DNA of 64,000 nt from Azolla caroliniana (lineage: Eukaryota; Plantae; Polypodiophyta): the NCBI GenBank assembly GCA_043228905.1, contig JBHGNT010000018.1:6634001-6698000 (forward strand). Direction: 5' to 3'. Below the pieces are notes generated by a model, which worked only from the letters and a program-made list of their open reading frames with translations, was not told where the DNA came from and searched no databases. Below are positions 1 to 10,723 of the stretch, piece by piece; position 1 is the first letter of the stretch, and every line of letters starts with the position of its first letter. The translations under genes and the position numbers were made by a program.

Positions 1-1825
1 AGCTCGGATTGGAGTCGGGTTTCGGAGTCGGGGGCTGGTACCAGGACGCGGACTCGTCAAACACAACGTCGCGGCTAACACGCGCTTGTTTGGTGCGAGG
101 GTTATAGCACTTATAACCCTTCTGCTCGTCCGAGTTACCAACCAAGATGCATTTCTCGGCCTTTGCATCCAGCTTCCTCCTTTTCTCCTTCGGTACATGC
201 ACATGCGCAATGCTACTGAACACCCTCAAGTGTCGCAAGTTCGGCTTCGTTCCGAAATATAGCTCGTGCGCCGACACTTTGTCTCCGATCCGGTTCTGGA
301 TGTATACCGCGGTCCTTACCGCCTCGGCCCAGTAGAACTTGGGCAAGCTCTTCTCCTCCAGCATTGCCCGTGCCGCTTCCACAACTGACCGATTCTTCCT
401 CTCGGCCACGCCGTTCTGCTCCAGCGTGTATCTACAACTGAATTCGCGCCGAATTCCCATTTGTTATAGATAACCGTTGAATTGACCGGAAAAGTACTCT
501 TTCTCGCCATCCGATCGCAGGCACTTGATCTTTCGTCCCGTTTCCGTTTCCACGAACCCCTTGAGGTCCCGGAAACAGTCGAAGACTTCGCTCTTTCTTT
601 CAATGAGGTAGATCCACGTGTGCCGCGTGTGGTCGTCGATGAAGGAGACGAAATATCGGCTCCCGCCAAGACTAACGTTTTGTGCCGGCCCCCACACATC
701 GGAGTGTATAAGGTCGAGCTTGTTCCGGCTCCGGTTTCGCTCATTGGGGAAAGGAAGTTGGTGTTGCTTCACGAGCTGGAAGGCTTCACAAATTTGTGCC
801 TTTCGGCCACTAAATTTGGGCAATCCGAACACTACCTGTTTCGATTGCAGATCTTGAAGCCGCTGGTAGTTGATGTGGCCTATCCGCTTGTGCCACAAGT
901 CGATGTCCGACTCGGATTTTCGTCCCTTCGCGAACATTGCGGTGCTGTCGTCACTGGAGTCGAGGATGAATATCCTCCCGTCTCTGTGCCCTTGCACAAT
1001 CACACGGCCTTCTTCCTCAATGAAGCACCCGAGGTGTGTAAACCGAACCTCCATCCCTTGGTCGACGATTTGTCCGACCGAGACCAAGTTCTTCGTGATT
1101 GTCGGAACGTGCAGCACGTTCATGAGTTTCCCTTTCTGCCCGACATGGAAGTGAGTGCCCGAGCAGGTACTGGTGCATCTTGTAGGACCAAGACGTGTAG
1201 TTGGTTCTGTCGAGCTTCTCTGTTGGAAGTGAGCTCGCCATGCCTCTAGCCATCGTTCTTCTTGTTCTTCTTCGTCAAGCTGTGTCGGCTGCAGAGAGGT
1301 TCTCAACCCTCGCGCTCTGATACCATGTAGAAAGTAGTGTGCAGAAGCAAGTATGAAGACCGAACAGAAGGAAGAATGCTTAGGTTTAATGGAGAGCTTG
1401 AGCTTACACAGTATACGCGGGAGAGACAGAGAGAGTGAGAGAGAAAGCACAAGAACTATATTCAACAAAAACAATTCAATCTCTATTCACCACTCTTTAC
1501 ATATGTGTGTTCAATGAACACTTTTATACAAGTCCTAGAAGGACTGACAAAAGTACTAATAGTACTTCAATGCTCATTAAGAGCTCCTACACTAACTCCC
1601 AAATATATTCCTCACGGAATATCTTTCCTAACGGCCTCCCGATTTACGCACCGATCCGGCCCTACCTACGCACCGGTCTGCGTACCGGTTTACGCACCGA
1701 TCCGGCTCTACCTACGCACCGGTCTGCGTACCGGTTTACACATTCGGCCTAACCGATCGGTCCCAACCGATCCGGTCCTCGGCTTCTTCAGCCGATCCGA
1801 CCGATGTTGAGCTTGTCTCTCAACA
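1..1825 (-). mobile_element. Ty1/copia element A (runs off left window edge): 5' LTR, PBS, internally deleted gag-pol
   Basis: LTR 1326-1825 with TG...CA ends; PBS TGGTATCAGAGC (initiator tRNA-Met) at 1314-1325 on minus strand. Gag N-terminus MASSLPTEKLDRTNYTSWSYKMHQYLLGH is fused near 1152 directly to the protease/GAG-pre-integrase region (LWHKRIGH) and integrase (LIHSDVWGP, FIDD, LRSDG). Confidence 0.9.
1326..1825 (-). repeat. 5' LTR of Copia A, with two tandem ~46-bp CG-rich repeats in U3 (~1641-1740)
   Basis: Begins tgtagaaag directly after the PBS and ends ctctcaaca; duplicated tttacgcaccgatccggc(c/t)ctacctacgcaccggtctgcgtaccgg. Confidence 0.85.
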
Positions 1826-2211
1826 AGAACCTTTGTAGTCGATGAACAACTAGTGAAGACAAATCCTAACACCCGGTGAAGAACAGAAGAGAACCGAAGA
1901 TGGACAGAGGAATGACAAGTTCACTTCTGACAGAAACGCTCGACCGGAGCAACTATGCATCCTGGTCATATAAAATGCACCAATACCTGTTGGGGCATGG
2001 ATATTGGAGCTATGTTGAAGGAACCAACGAGATAGCACCGTAGCCGACACACAAAGACTTCTCGGCATGGGAGCAAGAAGCGAGCCAAGTATTGTACTAT
2101 CTCGCTTCTAGTGTGCACAATCAGATGCTCGGCTACATCAAGGATGCAAAAACGCCAAAGGAGGCTTGGGAAAAATTTCGGAAGATTTTCACCGCAAGTA
2201 CCACAACCCAT

Positions 2212-2855
2212 TGTCGTGAAGAAAACCGGCCAGAAGCGGAATCGGCGAAGCAGGGCACATGAACCAGCCCTACACTTTTCCACACTAGTTAATACCTTGT
2301 ACATAACTAGGAGTAGGATAGGGGGGAGGTGTAAATGGACTAGATGTGATGCATTGAATGTCTAGGAAATCAAAGAGTATCTCTGTCCAAAAGGACAGAG
2401 AATAAATTGATGAAAACGAGGGTGCGACGGCCTGCCCCTAAGGCCTATAAAAGGGAAGGAAGAAGGCGGATGAAGGGATCGCGTTTTAGGAGCGAAGACG
2501 AGGTGCTGTCGGATTGGGACTGGGCTCTCTCCTCCATCGTTGGTCATTCTCTGCAACATTTTGGATTGAGTTGCCTCTGCTTCGTGGACAGCCCGTGTGC
2601 TTCCGGCAGAGGCTCCATAGTGCAATTGGTGTTGTGTGCGTGCGTGAGCATCGTGTGTGTGTGTGCTCGCTTGAGTTGGGTCCATTGCCGGCTTGCCGGT
2701 TGTAATGGTTATTGATTTTGTAATTAAGACTTTGTTCTCTCTTTCTCCCTCTGTGTTTCTGCAATCTCTCTCTCTCTCTTCTTTCTCACGCTCCTTGGTT
2801 CAAGGCCCCCACGGTCCCCCCTCTTTCCACACGCGAAGAGTGTAACAACTCGATA
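2212..2855 (+). repeat. Gypsy 5' LTR
   Basis: Direct repeat of 8522-9173 with scattered substitutions (roughly 5-7% by eye); TATA-like cctataaaaggg. Confidence 0.93.
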
Positions 2856-2859
2856 TATT

Positions 2860-2877
2860 TGGTGAACCTGACGTGAA
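2860..2877 (+). promoter_or_regulatory. Primer-binding site complementary to the 3' end of tRNA-Trp
   Basis: TGGTGAACCTGACGTGAA versus the plant tRNA-Trp(CCA) 3' end TTCACGTCGGGTTCACCA (one mismatch), 4 nt after the LTR. Confidence 0.8.
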
Positions 2878-2899
2878 ACAGGCGGCAAAGGAGTGAAGG

Positions 2900-4988
2900 A
2901 TGAGGGGATCCGAGCTTGCTGAAGCTATGGCCATAGCCATCGACCGGCTAGTGAGCGCTCGCGAGGGAACGGGTGGCCTCGACAGGGCCATTGAGTTGAT
3001 CATCGGCACCATAGGTCGATTCGGTGGGAAGAATGTCACGAGCTACTTGGAGGCCTACCAGGCCGAAATGATCATGAGGGATATCTCGGTGGACAGGCGG
3101 CTATTCGGATTCCCTCGGGTGGTGACGCCGAGCATCTACACAGAGGTGCTCGAGGTGCTGGCCGGATGCCAAACTTGGGAGGAGTTCGAGTTGCGGCTCC
3201 TCGAGAGGTATGGTTTTGATGACTCGCTTCGGATGTCGAAGCGACACTTCATGGCATGGGTTGAGAGCCCTAGGAAGGGGAGGAACATGTCGGCGCTCCT
3301 CCAGAAGTTCGAGAAACGGTTCGCATGGCTGTCAACGCTGGACCGGACCGTGCTCGACACAAGCCGAGTACTACTATTCGTCAAGTTGGTGGATGCCGTG
3401 GACCGGGAGAAAGTGGGTCTCCTGTTGGAAACGGATGAAGGGCTCACGACAGACTGGGCCATTGTAAGGAGGGTTTGCGGTCGTTTCGATAAGCGGCGCG
3501 AATGGAGCGACGAGGGCTCCTCGGCGCCAAGGCCGGTCCCAACGAGGGAGCTCGAGGAGCCGGTGACGGTACCGACTAGGAAGGAAGAAACTTGGAGTTG
3601 GCTTGAGATGGGGTCAACCCTGAGCGGAGTGGTCAAAGATCCCTTTGGAGGCGCAGCTCTAGAAGAGTTGTCGCAGATGGTGCGAGATCTCCAAATCGCA
3701 CAGGCCCGGAGGGACAACGGCGAACAATGTTGTGACCGAAGGACGCCGCCGGGGCAGCGGTGCATGTGGTGTGACGCGATCGGCCACATCCGGAAAGAAT
3801 GCGTGGTTTTCGCCAAGCACTCAGGACCAACGTGGTGTACCTCTGGAATGGGCGGGTGCATGCCAGCGAGACCCGGAAAGCCCTAGAGTTGAATACGGGG
3901 CGCGGCAGAATGAAGTGATTGATGGAAGAGGCCGCGCCACAACATGTAGAGGTCGTTAACTACTTGGCATCGGCGGGAATCCGGGTCGGGGGTGATGAGG
4001 CCCGGAAAGCGAAGGACTCCGGATTCTGGCCATTGGTGCTAGAGGGTCTCTCTGGAGTACGGCTGAAGAAGGAGGAGGCAGACCGCGCGGAACAGCAGGT
4101 CCGGGAGGTCACTGGATGGGACGACCCGGTGGAAGAAAAGACTGGCTTCATGGCAGCCGCATGCCAGAACTACAAGGTTCTGGTAGAAGACAAGTGCGTG
4201 GGAAAAGCCGGAGGGGGCAGCCCCTTGCAACGGTACGAGACCCGGTTCAGACTGAAGCCGAATGAGGCCGCCAATGCCGGTGCACCGGAGAAGAAGCAGC
4301 AAGTCGGTTTCCGGCTAAGCACCGAAATTGAACGAACAACGGACCTGCGGAAGGTCCTGGAAGAGAGAATTCTCGACAACAAGGTCGAGCTGTCGTTATG
4401 GGAGGTGCTGGGAATCGCCAAGAAGGAGTTCCACGACTCCATCGTGGACTTGGTGAAGCGGAAGAGGCTCTTGACGGAGCCGGAACCGGAGAGGCCGGTG
4501 GAAGTGCAGAAAGCCACTATGCGAAGCCGCATTGGGCTAGGGCTACTACGGAAACCCCTGTTCGGATCGACGACGTCTAGGAGCTAGTGGTGGCATTGGT
4601 AGACCACGGTTCAGAGATCAACTTGATGTCCATGGACTTCTATAAAAAGGGGAAATGGCCGATTAACATTAAGCACGGGTGGAAGATACGTGCGGCGACG
4701 CGCGCTACAGAGGAGCTGCATGGTGCGTGCCCGAACGTACGCGTGAAGATCGGTGACGTCGAGATAGATCAACATTTCTTCGTGCAGGAGACTTCCTCAC
4801 ACCTTGTAATTCTCGGCGAACCGTACATTACGGCAACACGCATGGAGATGAAAGTACTAGACAATGGTTCGACGTATGCGCGCGTCAAGAGCCAAGACGG
4901 TTGGCATTCCGTCCAATTCATGACAGTGCGACCCAACCACGAGCGGAACCGCGGGACCCTCGGCGGCAATAGCCGAGGGGATTTTTAG
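2900..4988 (+). pseudogene. Gypsy gag + aspartic protease (frameshifted)
   Basis: ORFs 2900-3886 (CMWCDAIGHIRKEC zinc knuckle), 3919-4587 and 4587-4988 (ALVDHGSEINLM protease motif; ILGEPY). Confidence 0.88.
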
Positions 4989-7900
4989 AGAGGGCTATCA
5001 AGGCGTGGGGCCACGATAGTCTGGACACCCTAGAAGAACCCCACACATGTATTATAGGTAGGAAATTTTGGCTCTCTGAAAACGGAGGTTGTACGTTAAC
5101 CGGCATCAGTAGCCAGGAGAGGAAGCGGGCGGAGAAACGACTTAGGGCGTGTGGAGTGCTCTCCCCCGACGAAGAAATTAGCGGCGTCGTGGAGGCGGTC
5201 TCTTTTGATGACACCTTGGGTGAATTACAAAAGGTGGTCGGTGAAGGCATTAATGAAGATCGGACCGTTCCGGTTAGCTCGATGGGAATGTACGAAGTCA
5301 TCGCGAACTTCGGGGAAAGGATCGGGTCGGATCGAACGACCCGGGTGGATATGAAGTATAAGACTGTGGACCGGAAGGTAAGGCCAGTTGCGGCACCCTT
5401 GCTGGAGGGCAACGGAGAGCGGATAAAAGGGGTCGCGTCGGACCCAAGTTTACGGAATCCAGCCGGCATAGGGCACCAGTTCACCGACATAACGCTACGG
5501 GAGCTCAAGGTTGGTGGGGGTGGCTTCCTACTGCCGGAGGAGGAGGACCGGTTTCGGAGGATGCTCGGAAGGCACGGGAAGGCCTTCGCGTTCTCGCCGG
5601 AGGAGATCGGGTGCGTAGACCCGACAATCATTGAGCCAATGGTGATCTTCACGGTACCGCATGTGCTGTGGAATCTCAAACCGATTCCAGTGCCCAGAGC
5701 TCACATTCCGATGTTGATGGAGCTACTGAAGCAGAAGGTGGAGATGGGCATCCTCGAACCGTCGAGTGCCCCATACTCGAATCGGTGGTTCATGGTGCCA
5801 AAGAAGAACGACACGTTGTGCTTCATACAAGACCTGCAACCGGTCAACAAGGTGACCATCTGTAACACAGGAATCGGGCCGACCGTAGATGAGTTCGCGG
5901 AGGCCTTCGCCGGAAGGTCGATCTATTCGGTCGGTGACTTATACTCGGGGTACGACCAGTTCCAACTAGCCGTAGAGAGCAGGGACATCACGACAATGCA
6001 GACTCCTCTCGGCTTGGTGCGGATGTGTACCCTACCGCAAGGAGGAACGAATTCGGTGGCGCACGTGGTGAACGCAATGAACAAGGTGCTGAGGGACTGC
6101 ATCCCGGACATCACTGTGTCGTTCCTAGACGACATACCGATAAAAGGGTGTCCGGTGGAGGATGCAGACGAGACGGTCGGGCCGGACGGATGCCGGAGGT
6201 TCATCGTGAACCACATCAACGACTGCGATAAGGTGTTGCAGAGGCTCGAGAGTGTGCGGCTCACCTTCTCCGGAGAGAAATCAGCGTTCGGGCAGATGGA
6301 GATCCTGGTAGTCGGACACCTGTGTGGGCCCTATGGCCGGAAACCATCCCCGGCAAAGGTAGAAGCCATCCCCGTGATGAAGGACGATTGCGGGTTGGTT
6401 ATGGAGGTCCGCAGATTCTTGGGTGCGTGCGTGTTCTACCACATCTGGATTCCGCACTCGCACATGTCGCGGAACCGCTCTACGGGCTATTGAAGAAAGG
6501 GCGTAGGTTCGGTGGAGGACGGAGCACACGGAGTCGGTCCGGTGACTAAAGGAGACGCTTGTTACGGCACCGGCTCTCCGGAAAGCGGTTTACGGCAAGG
6601 AAGTCCCCATCTACGTGACGGTGGACATGAGCCCGACCGGGATCGGGTGGGTGATCAATCAGGAGGACAAGGACGGTGTACGGTTCCCGATCCGGTTCGG
6701 GGCGAAGGTATTGAGTGAGCGGCAGCGAGGATACGCCCAAGTTAAGTGCGAGCTATGGGGTATCATTTCGGTAGTCAAGGCCGACAAAAACTATTTGATC
6801 GGGACGGAAGTAATCATTGAGATGGATTGCCTACCGATTCTCGGTATGGTCTCCGGATGCACGACGTCGGACCTCGCAATGCTCCTATGGATAGCGTACG
6901 TCAAGTCCCTGAACTCGGAGATGCGACACATTTCCGGAAAGGACAACGCCATGGCCAACATGCTTTCGAGGGCACGGTTCAACGACGAGGACGACATGGT
7001 TTCGGAAGACGAAGAAGTCGGTGAGGACTTCTTCGGATCAACTGGCGTGACAACTGGGACGGGGAGCACTCCGGCGCTTAACGAGTTCGACGAAAGCGAG
7101 TACGACGGAGAGTGGCTCCGAATTGGGAGGTTCCTACGGACGATGACGCCGAACGCGGCGTGGATGAGAGAAGAGGCTTGCCGGGTGCGGAAGAAGGCGT
7201 ACCGGTTCTTCCTACGGGAAGGGCACATATGGAAGCACCCAAAGAAGCGAAGCAACACCCCACTCCGCGTAGTGGCAAGGGAGGACGAGCAGAAAGCGTT
7301 GCTTATGGCGTACCACGAGAGTCCTTGGGCCGGACACCACAGGACATGGGCCACATTCGAGAAGCTGAAGGGGAAGTACTGGTGGCCGGGACTATACCGG
7401 GACGTGCATCGGTTCGTAACGACTTGCGAAAGCCGCCAGATGCACTCCATAGTCCAACATCGAGACGAGCTTCACCCAACTTACCCTCCGACCCTCCACT
7501 TCAAGTGGATGGTGGATTTGGTGACGATGCTGATTGGGGTAGGATAGATGCGATATCTGGTGCTGGCTCGGGAGGACCTAACGAACCAGGTGGAAGGCCG
7601 AGCGCTGCAGAACAAAACGACCGCGACCGTGTGCCGGTTTCTAATCAAAGATGTGGTATGCCGGTACGGGTGCGTCGGCAAGATTGTGGCCGACCGCGGA
7701 GAACTAGACGCGCAAGAGGCTGAAGAGGTGTTTGACCGACTAGGGGTTAAACTCTCACTCACCACGGCGTACAATCCGGAGGCTAACGGGAAGGTGGAAC
7801 ACAGACACGGACCGATCGTCAAAGCGTTAGTATGGGCGTGTGTAGGCCAAGTCGGAAGCTAGCCGCGGCTCCTACCCTATGCGTTGTGGGCGGACCGGAC

Positions 7901-8447
7901 TACGCACAGTTCGGTAACGGGGTTCATGCCGGCGGAACTAATGTATGGGCAGAAGTGGATCATGCCGGTGGAACAAACAATTTCTTCATGGGCCACAGTG
8001 GGCTGGAAGGACGAAATGAGCCGGGAAGATTTGTTGGCGACGCGGATCCGGCAACTTGAGCGGAGGCCGGAGGACGTGGAACGGGCGAAGGAGAAGCTGC
8101 GCGCAGCAAGGGAACGAAACAAACCCCGGTTCGACCGGACGCACCGGCTACGACCGAGGAAGATCGAGGAAGGCAATTGGGTGTTGCTTTACGATAGCAG
8201 CCTCGACAACCAGCACAAGGCGACCCGCAAATATGCGAGGAGATGGTTCACGCCCTACACGGTGACGAGCACAAACAACAACGGCACGTACCATCTTGCG
8301 GAGCTCGACGGGACACGATTGGCGGTGCAAGTAGCCGGGAAGCGGATTAAAGCGTTCAAGAAGCGGTACGAAGAGGAGCCGAAGCGGGGGAGCGACAACG
8401 ACGACGATCGGTTCGGGGACGCCGATAATTCGGAAAGCGACGAGTGA
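4985..8447 (+). pseudogene. Gypsy pol: RT, RNase H, integrase (frameshifts and nonsense codons)
   Basis: RT motifs FIQDLQPVN, DLYSGYDQF, LPQG, FLDD; RNase H ...IRFGAK...ELWG; integrase zinc finger H..WAGH..CES and core VADRGE, YNPEANGKVE; in-frame TAG at 7545 and 7860; no chromodomain at the C-terminus. Confidence 0.92.
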
Positions 8448-8521
8448 ACGCGAGCCGGTTTTCTCTGGTGTCTATCCCTCTCCGGCGCATACCGGTGGAT
8501 GCGCGGTTTGGTGGGGGTGGA

Positions 8522-9173
8522 TGTCGTGAAGAAAACCGGCCAAAAGCGGAATCGGCGAAGCAGGGCGCATGAACCGGCCCTACACTTTTCCACACTAGTT
8601 AATACCTTGTACATAACTAGGAATAGGACAAGGGGGGGGGGTGTAAATGGACTAGATGTGATGCATTGAATGTCTAGGAAATCAAAGAGTATCTCTGTCC
8701 GAAAGGATAGAGAATAAATTGATGAAAACGAGGGTGCGACGGCCTGCCTCGATGGCCTATAAAAGGGAAGGAAGAAGGCGGATGAAGGGATCGCGTTTTG
8801 GGAGTGTGGACGAGGTATTGTCGGACTGGGACCGGGCTCTCTCCTCCATCGTTGGTCATTCTCTGCAAGATTTTGGACCAAGTTGCCTCTGCTTCGTGGA
8901 CAGACCGTGTGCTTCTGGCAGAGGCTCCATAGTGCAGTCGGTGCTGTGTGCGTGCGTGAGCATCGTGTGTGTGTGTGCTCGCCTGAGTTGGGTCCGTTGC
9001 CGGCTTGCCGGTTTTAATCGTTATTGATTTTGTAATTAAGACTTTGTTCTCTCTTTCTCCCTCTGTGTTTCTGCAATCTCTCTCTCTCTCTCTCTCTTCT
9101 TTCTCACGCTCCTTGGTTCATGGCCTCCGCGGTCCCGCCTCTTTCCACACGCGAAGAGCATAACAACTCGACA
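8522..9173 (+). repeat. Gypsy 3' LTR
   Basis: Repeat of 2212-2855, preceded by PPT, followed by CCGT. Confidence 0.93.
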
Positions 9174-10446
9174 CCGTAAGTTGCGGCTCCGATAGGAGCT
9201 GAACAACATCTGGCAAAGAGATATGTCGGTTACTGACTACACCACTAAGATAAAGGAGATTTGTGACACACTCGGGTTCATCAATGTGATGGTGGATGAA
9301 GACAAGATGGTCCAGATCTGTCTCGGTGGTCTAGCACAACGGTACGGGCCAATCCGGATGGCAATTTGCACCCGGGAGAAACCACCATCCTTCTTCGACT
9401 CACAGTCAATGTTGATGGTCGAAGAAAACCACGTGAGTGGGTCGAGGACCACTCAATCAGACACCTGGATGCTGTACACAGAGGTGGATCCGCCCCGTGG
9501 GCGTGGAGGACGAGGTGGGTCGGCACGCAATGGAGGCGGCGGGCAAGAGCATAACCGAAGGCACAAAGACAATGCCGACAGCAGTTCCGGACCCTCCACA
9601 AGCAGGGGGAGTCAAGCCAGTGCCGGAAACCAGCAAGGAAAGGACGACACAAAATGTTGGTATTGTGGTAAGAAAGGCCACAGAGAAAGCGAGTGTTGGA
9701 AGAAGCGCGCCGATTCGGATAAATCTGGATCTAGCAAGGCGGGACAGGGAAACCAACAAAGCTCCCACTACACAGAAGGATCCGGAACCGGGAAGAACGA
9801 AAAGGGGCCAACCTTTGTGATGAAGCACAAGGCCAACTCGATGAAGAAGACCACTTCCGGACCGGAGGGACTGTGGTATGTTGATTCCGGAGCATCTAAC
9901 CATATGACGAGCCATGAAGAGTGGTTCTCATTTTTAGAGAAACCAGAACAACCGAGGATTGTCGAAACCGGAGACGACACCCTCACCCAATTGTGCATGT
10001 CGGAGAAGTCCCTTTAAGCCATGTCGGACAAAAGGGAAAGCTGATGAACGTACTACACGTTCTGACAATCACAAAGAACCTGGTGTCAGTCGGACAAATC
10101 GTCGACCAAGGAATGTAGGTGCGGTTTACGCACCTCGGGTGCTTCATCAAGGAAGAAGGCCGGATAATTGCGCAAGGGCGTAGAGAAGGGAGGATGTTCA
10201 TCTTCAACACAAATGACGTCGGCACTACCATGTTTGCCAAAGGACAGAAGATTGAATCGGACATTGATCTCTGGCATAACCGGATCAGCCACGTCAACTA
10301 CTGGAGGATTCAAGATCTGCAATCGAAACAAGTCGTGTTCGGATTGTTGAAGTTTAGTGGCCGGAAGGCCCATGTGAAGCCTGCCAACTCAAGAAGCAAC
10401 ACCGACTTCCATTCCCCACCGAACGAAATTGGAGCCGTAACAAGCT

Positions 10447-10723
10447 TGTGAAAAGAACAACGTGCGGAAGCAATAGAGAGCAGAACGCAGGAAAACACAG
10501 GTTTAATGGAGAGCTTGAACACACACAATATGCGGGAGAGAGAGAGAGAGAGAGAGAGAGTCAATACACACAAATATAGCCCCAATGGGCTCTCTGGAAC
10601 ATATTTACATATATGTCCCTTCATCCAATGAGAGGTTCTCACCGGGTCTTCCTTGCCGGGTACTCATCATCCGGTTCTCACCGGGCCTGCATCATCCCAT
10701 CCGGAGGGACCAAAATCCTAACA
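10447..10723 (-). repeat. Chimeric Copia LTR remnant
   Basis: 10447-~10560 resembles the LTR of element A (ggtttaatggagagcttga...gcgggagag). ~10570-10723 resembles the LTR of element F (caaatatagcc...catcccatccggagggacc.aaatcc.aaca). Flanks AAGCT and CTCGT do not match. Confidence 0.7.

Larger units (their letters stand above)
2212..9173 (+). mobile_element. Full-length, mutated Ty3/gypsy LTR retrotransposon (non-chromovirus, tRNA-Trp primed)
   Basis: LTRs 2212-2855 and 8522-9173 (TGTCGTG...CTCGA(C/T)A); PBS TGGTGAACCTGACGTGA from 2860; PPT ggtttggtgggggtgga before 8522; 4-bp TSD CCAT/CCGT; domain order gag-PR-RT-RH-INT. Confidence 0.95.
1826..10446 (+). mobile_element. Ty1/copia element B (same family as A), degenerate, split by the Gypsy insertion at 2212-9173
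   Basis: Gag MTSSLLTETLDRSNYASWSYKMHQYLLGHGYW starts ~1912. The frame ...ASTTT/RKLRL is restored across the Gypsy insertion. Zinc knuckle CWYCGKKGHRESEC, protease WYVDSGASNHM and LWHNRISH lie in 9223-10446; stops and frameshifts present. Confidence 0.88.

Noticed and set aside
8255-8520. env-like or extra ORF after the Gypsy integrase
   Set aside because: Only about 75 bp separate the integrase stop from the 3' LTR; the antisense ORF spans the LTR and has no domain.
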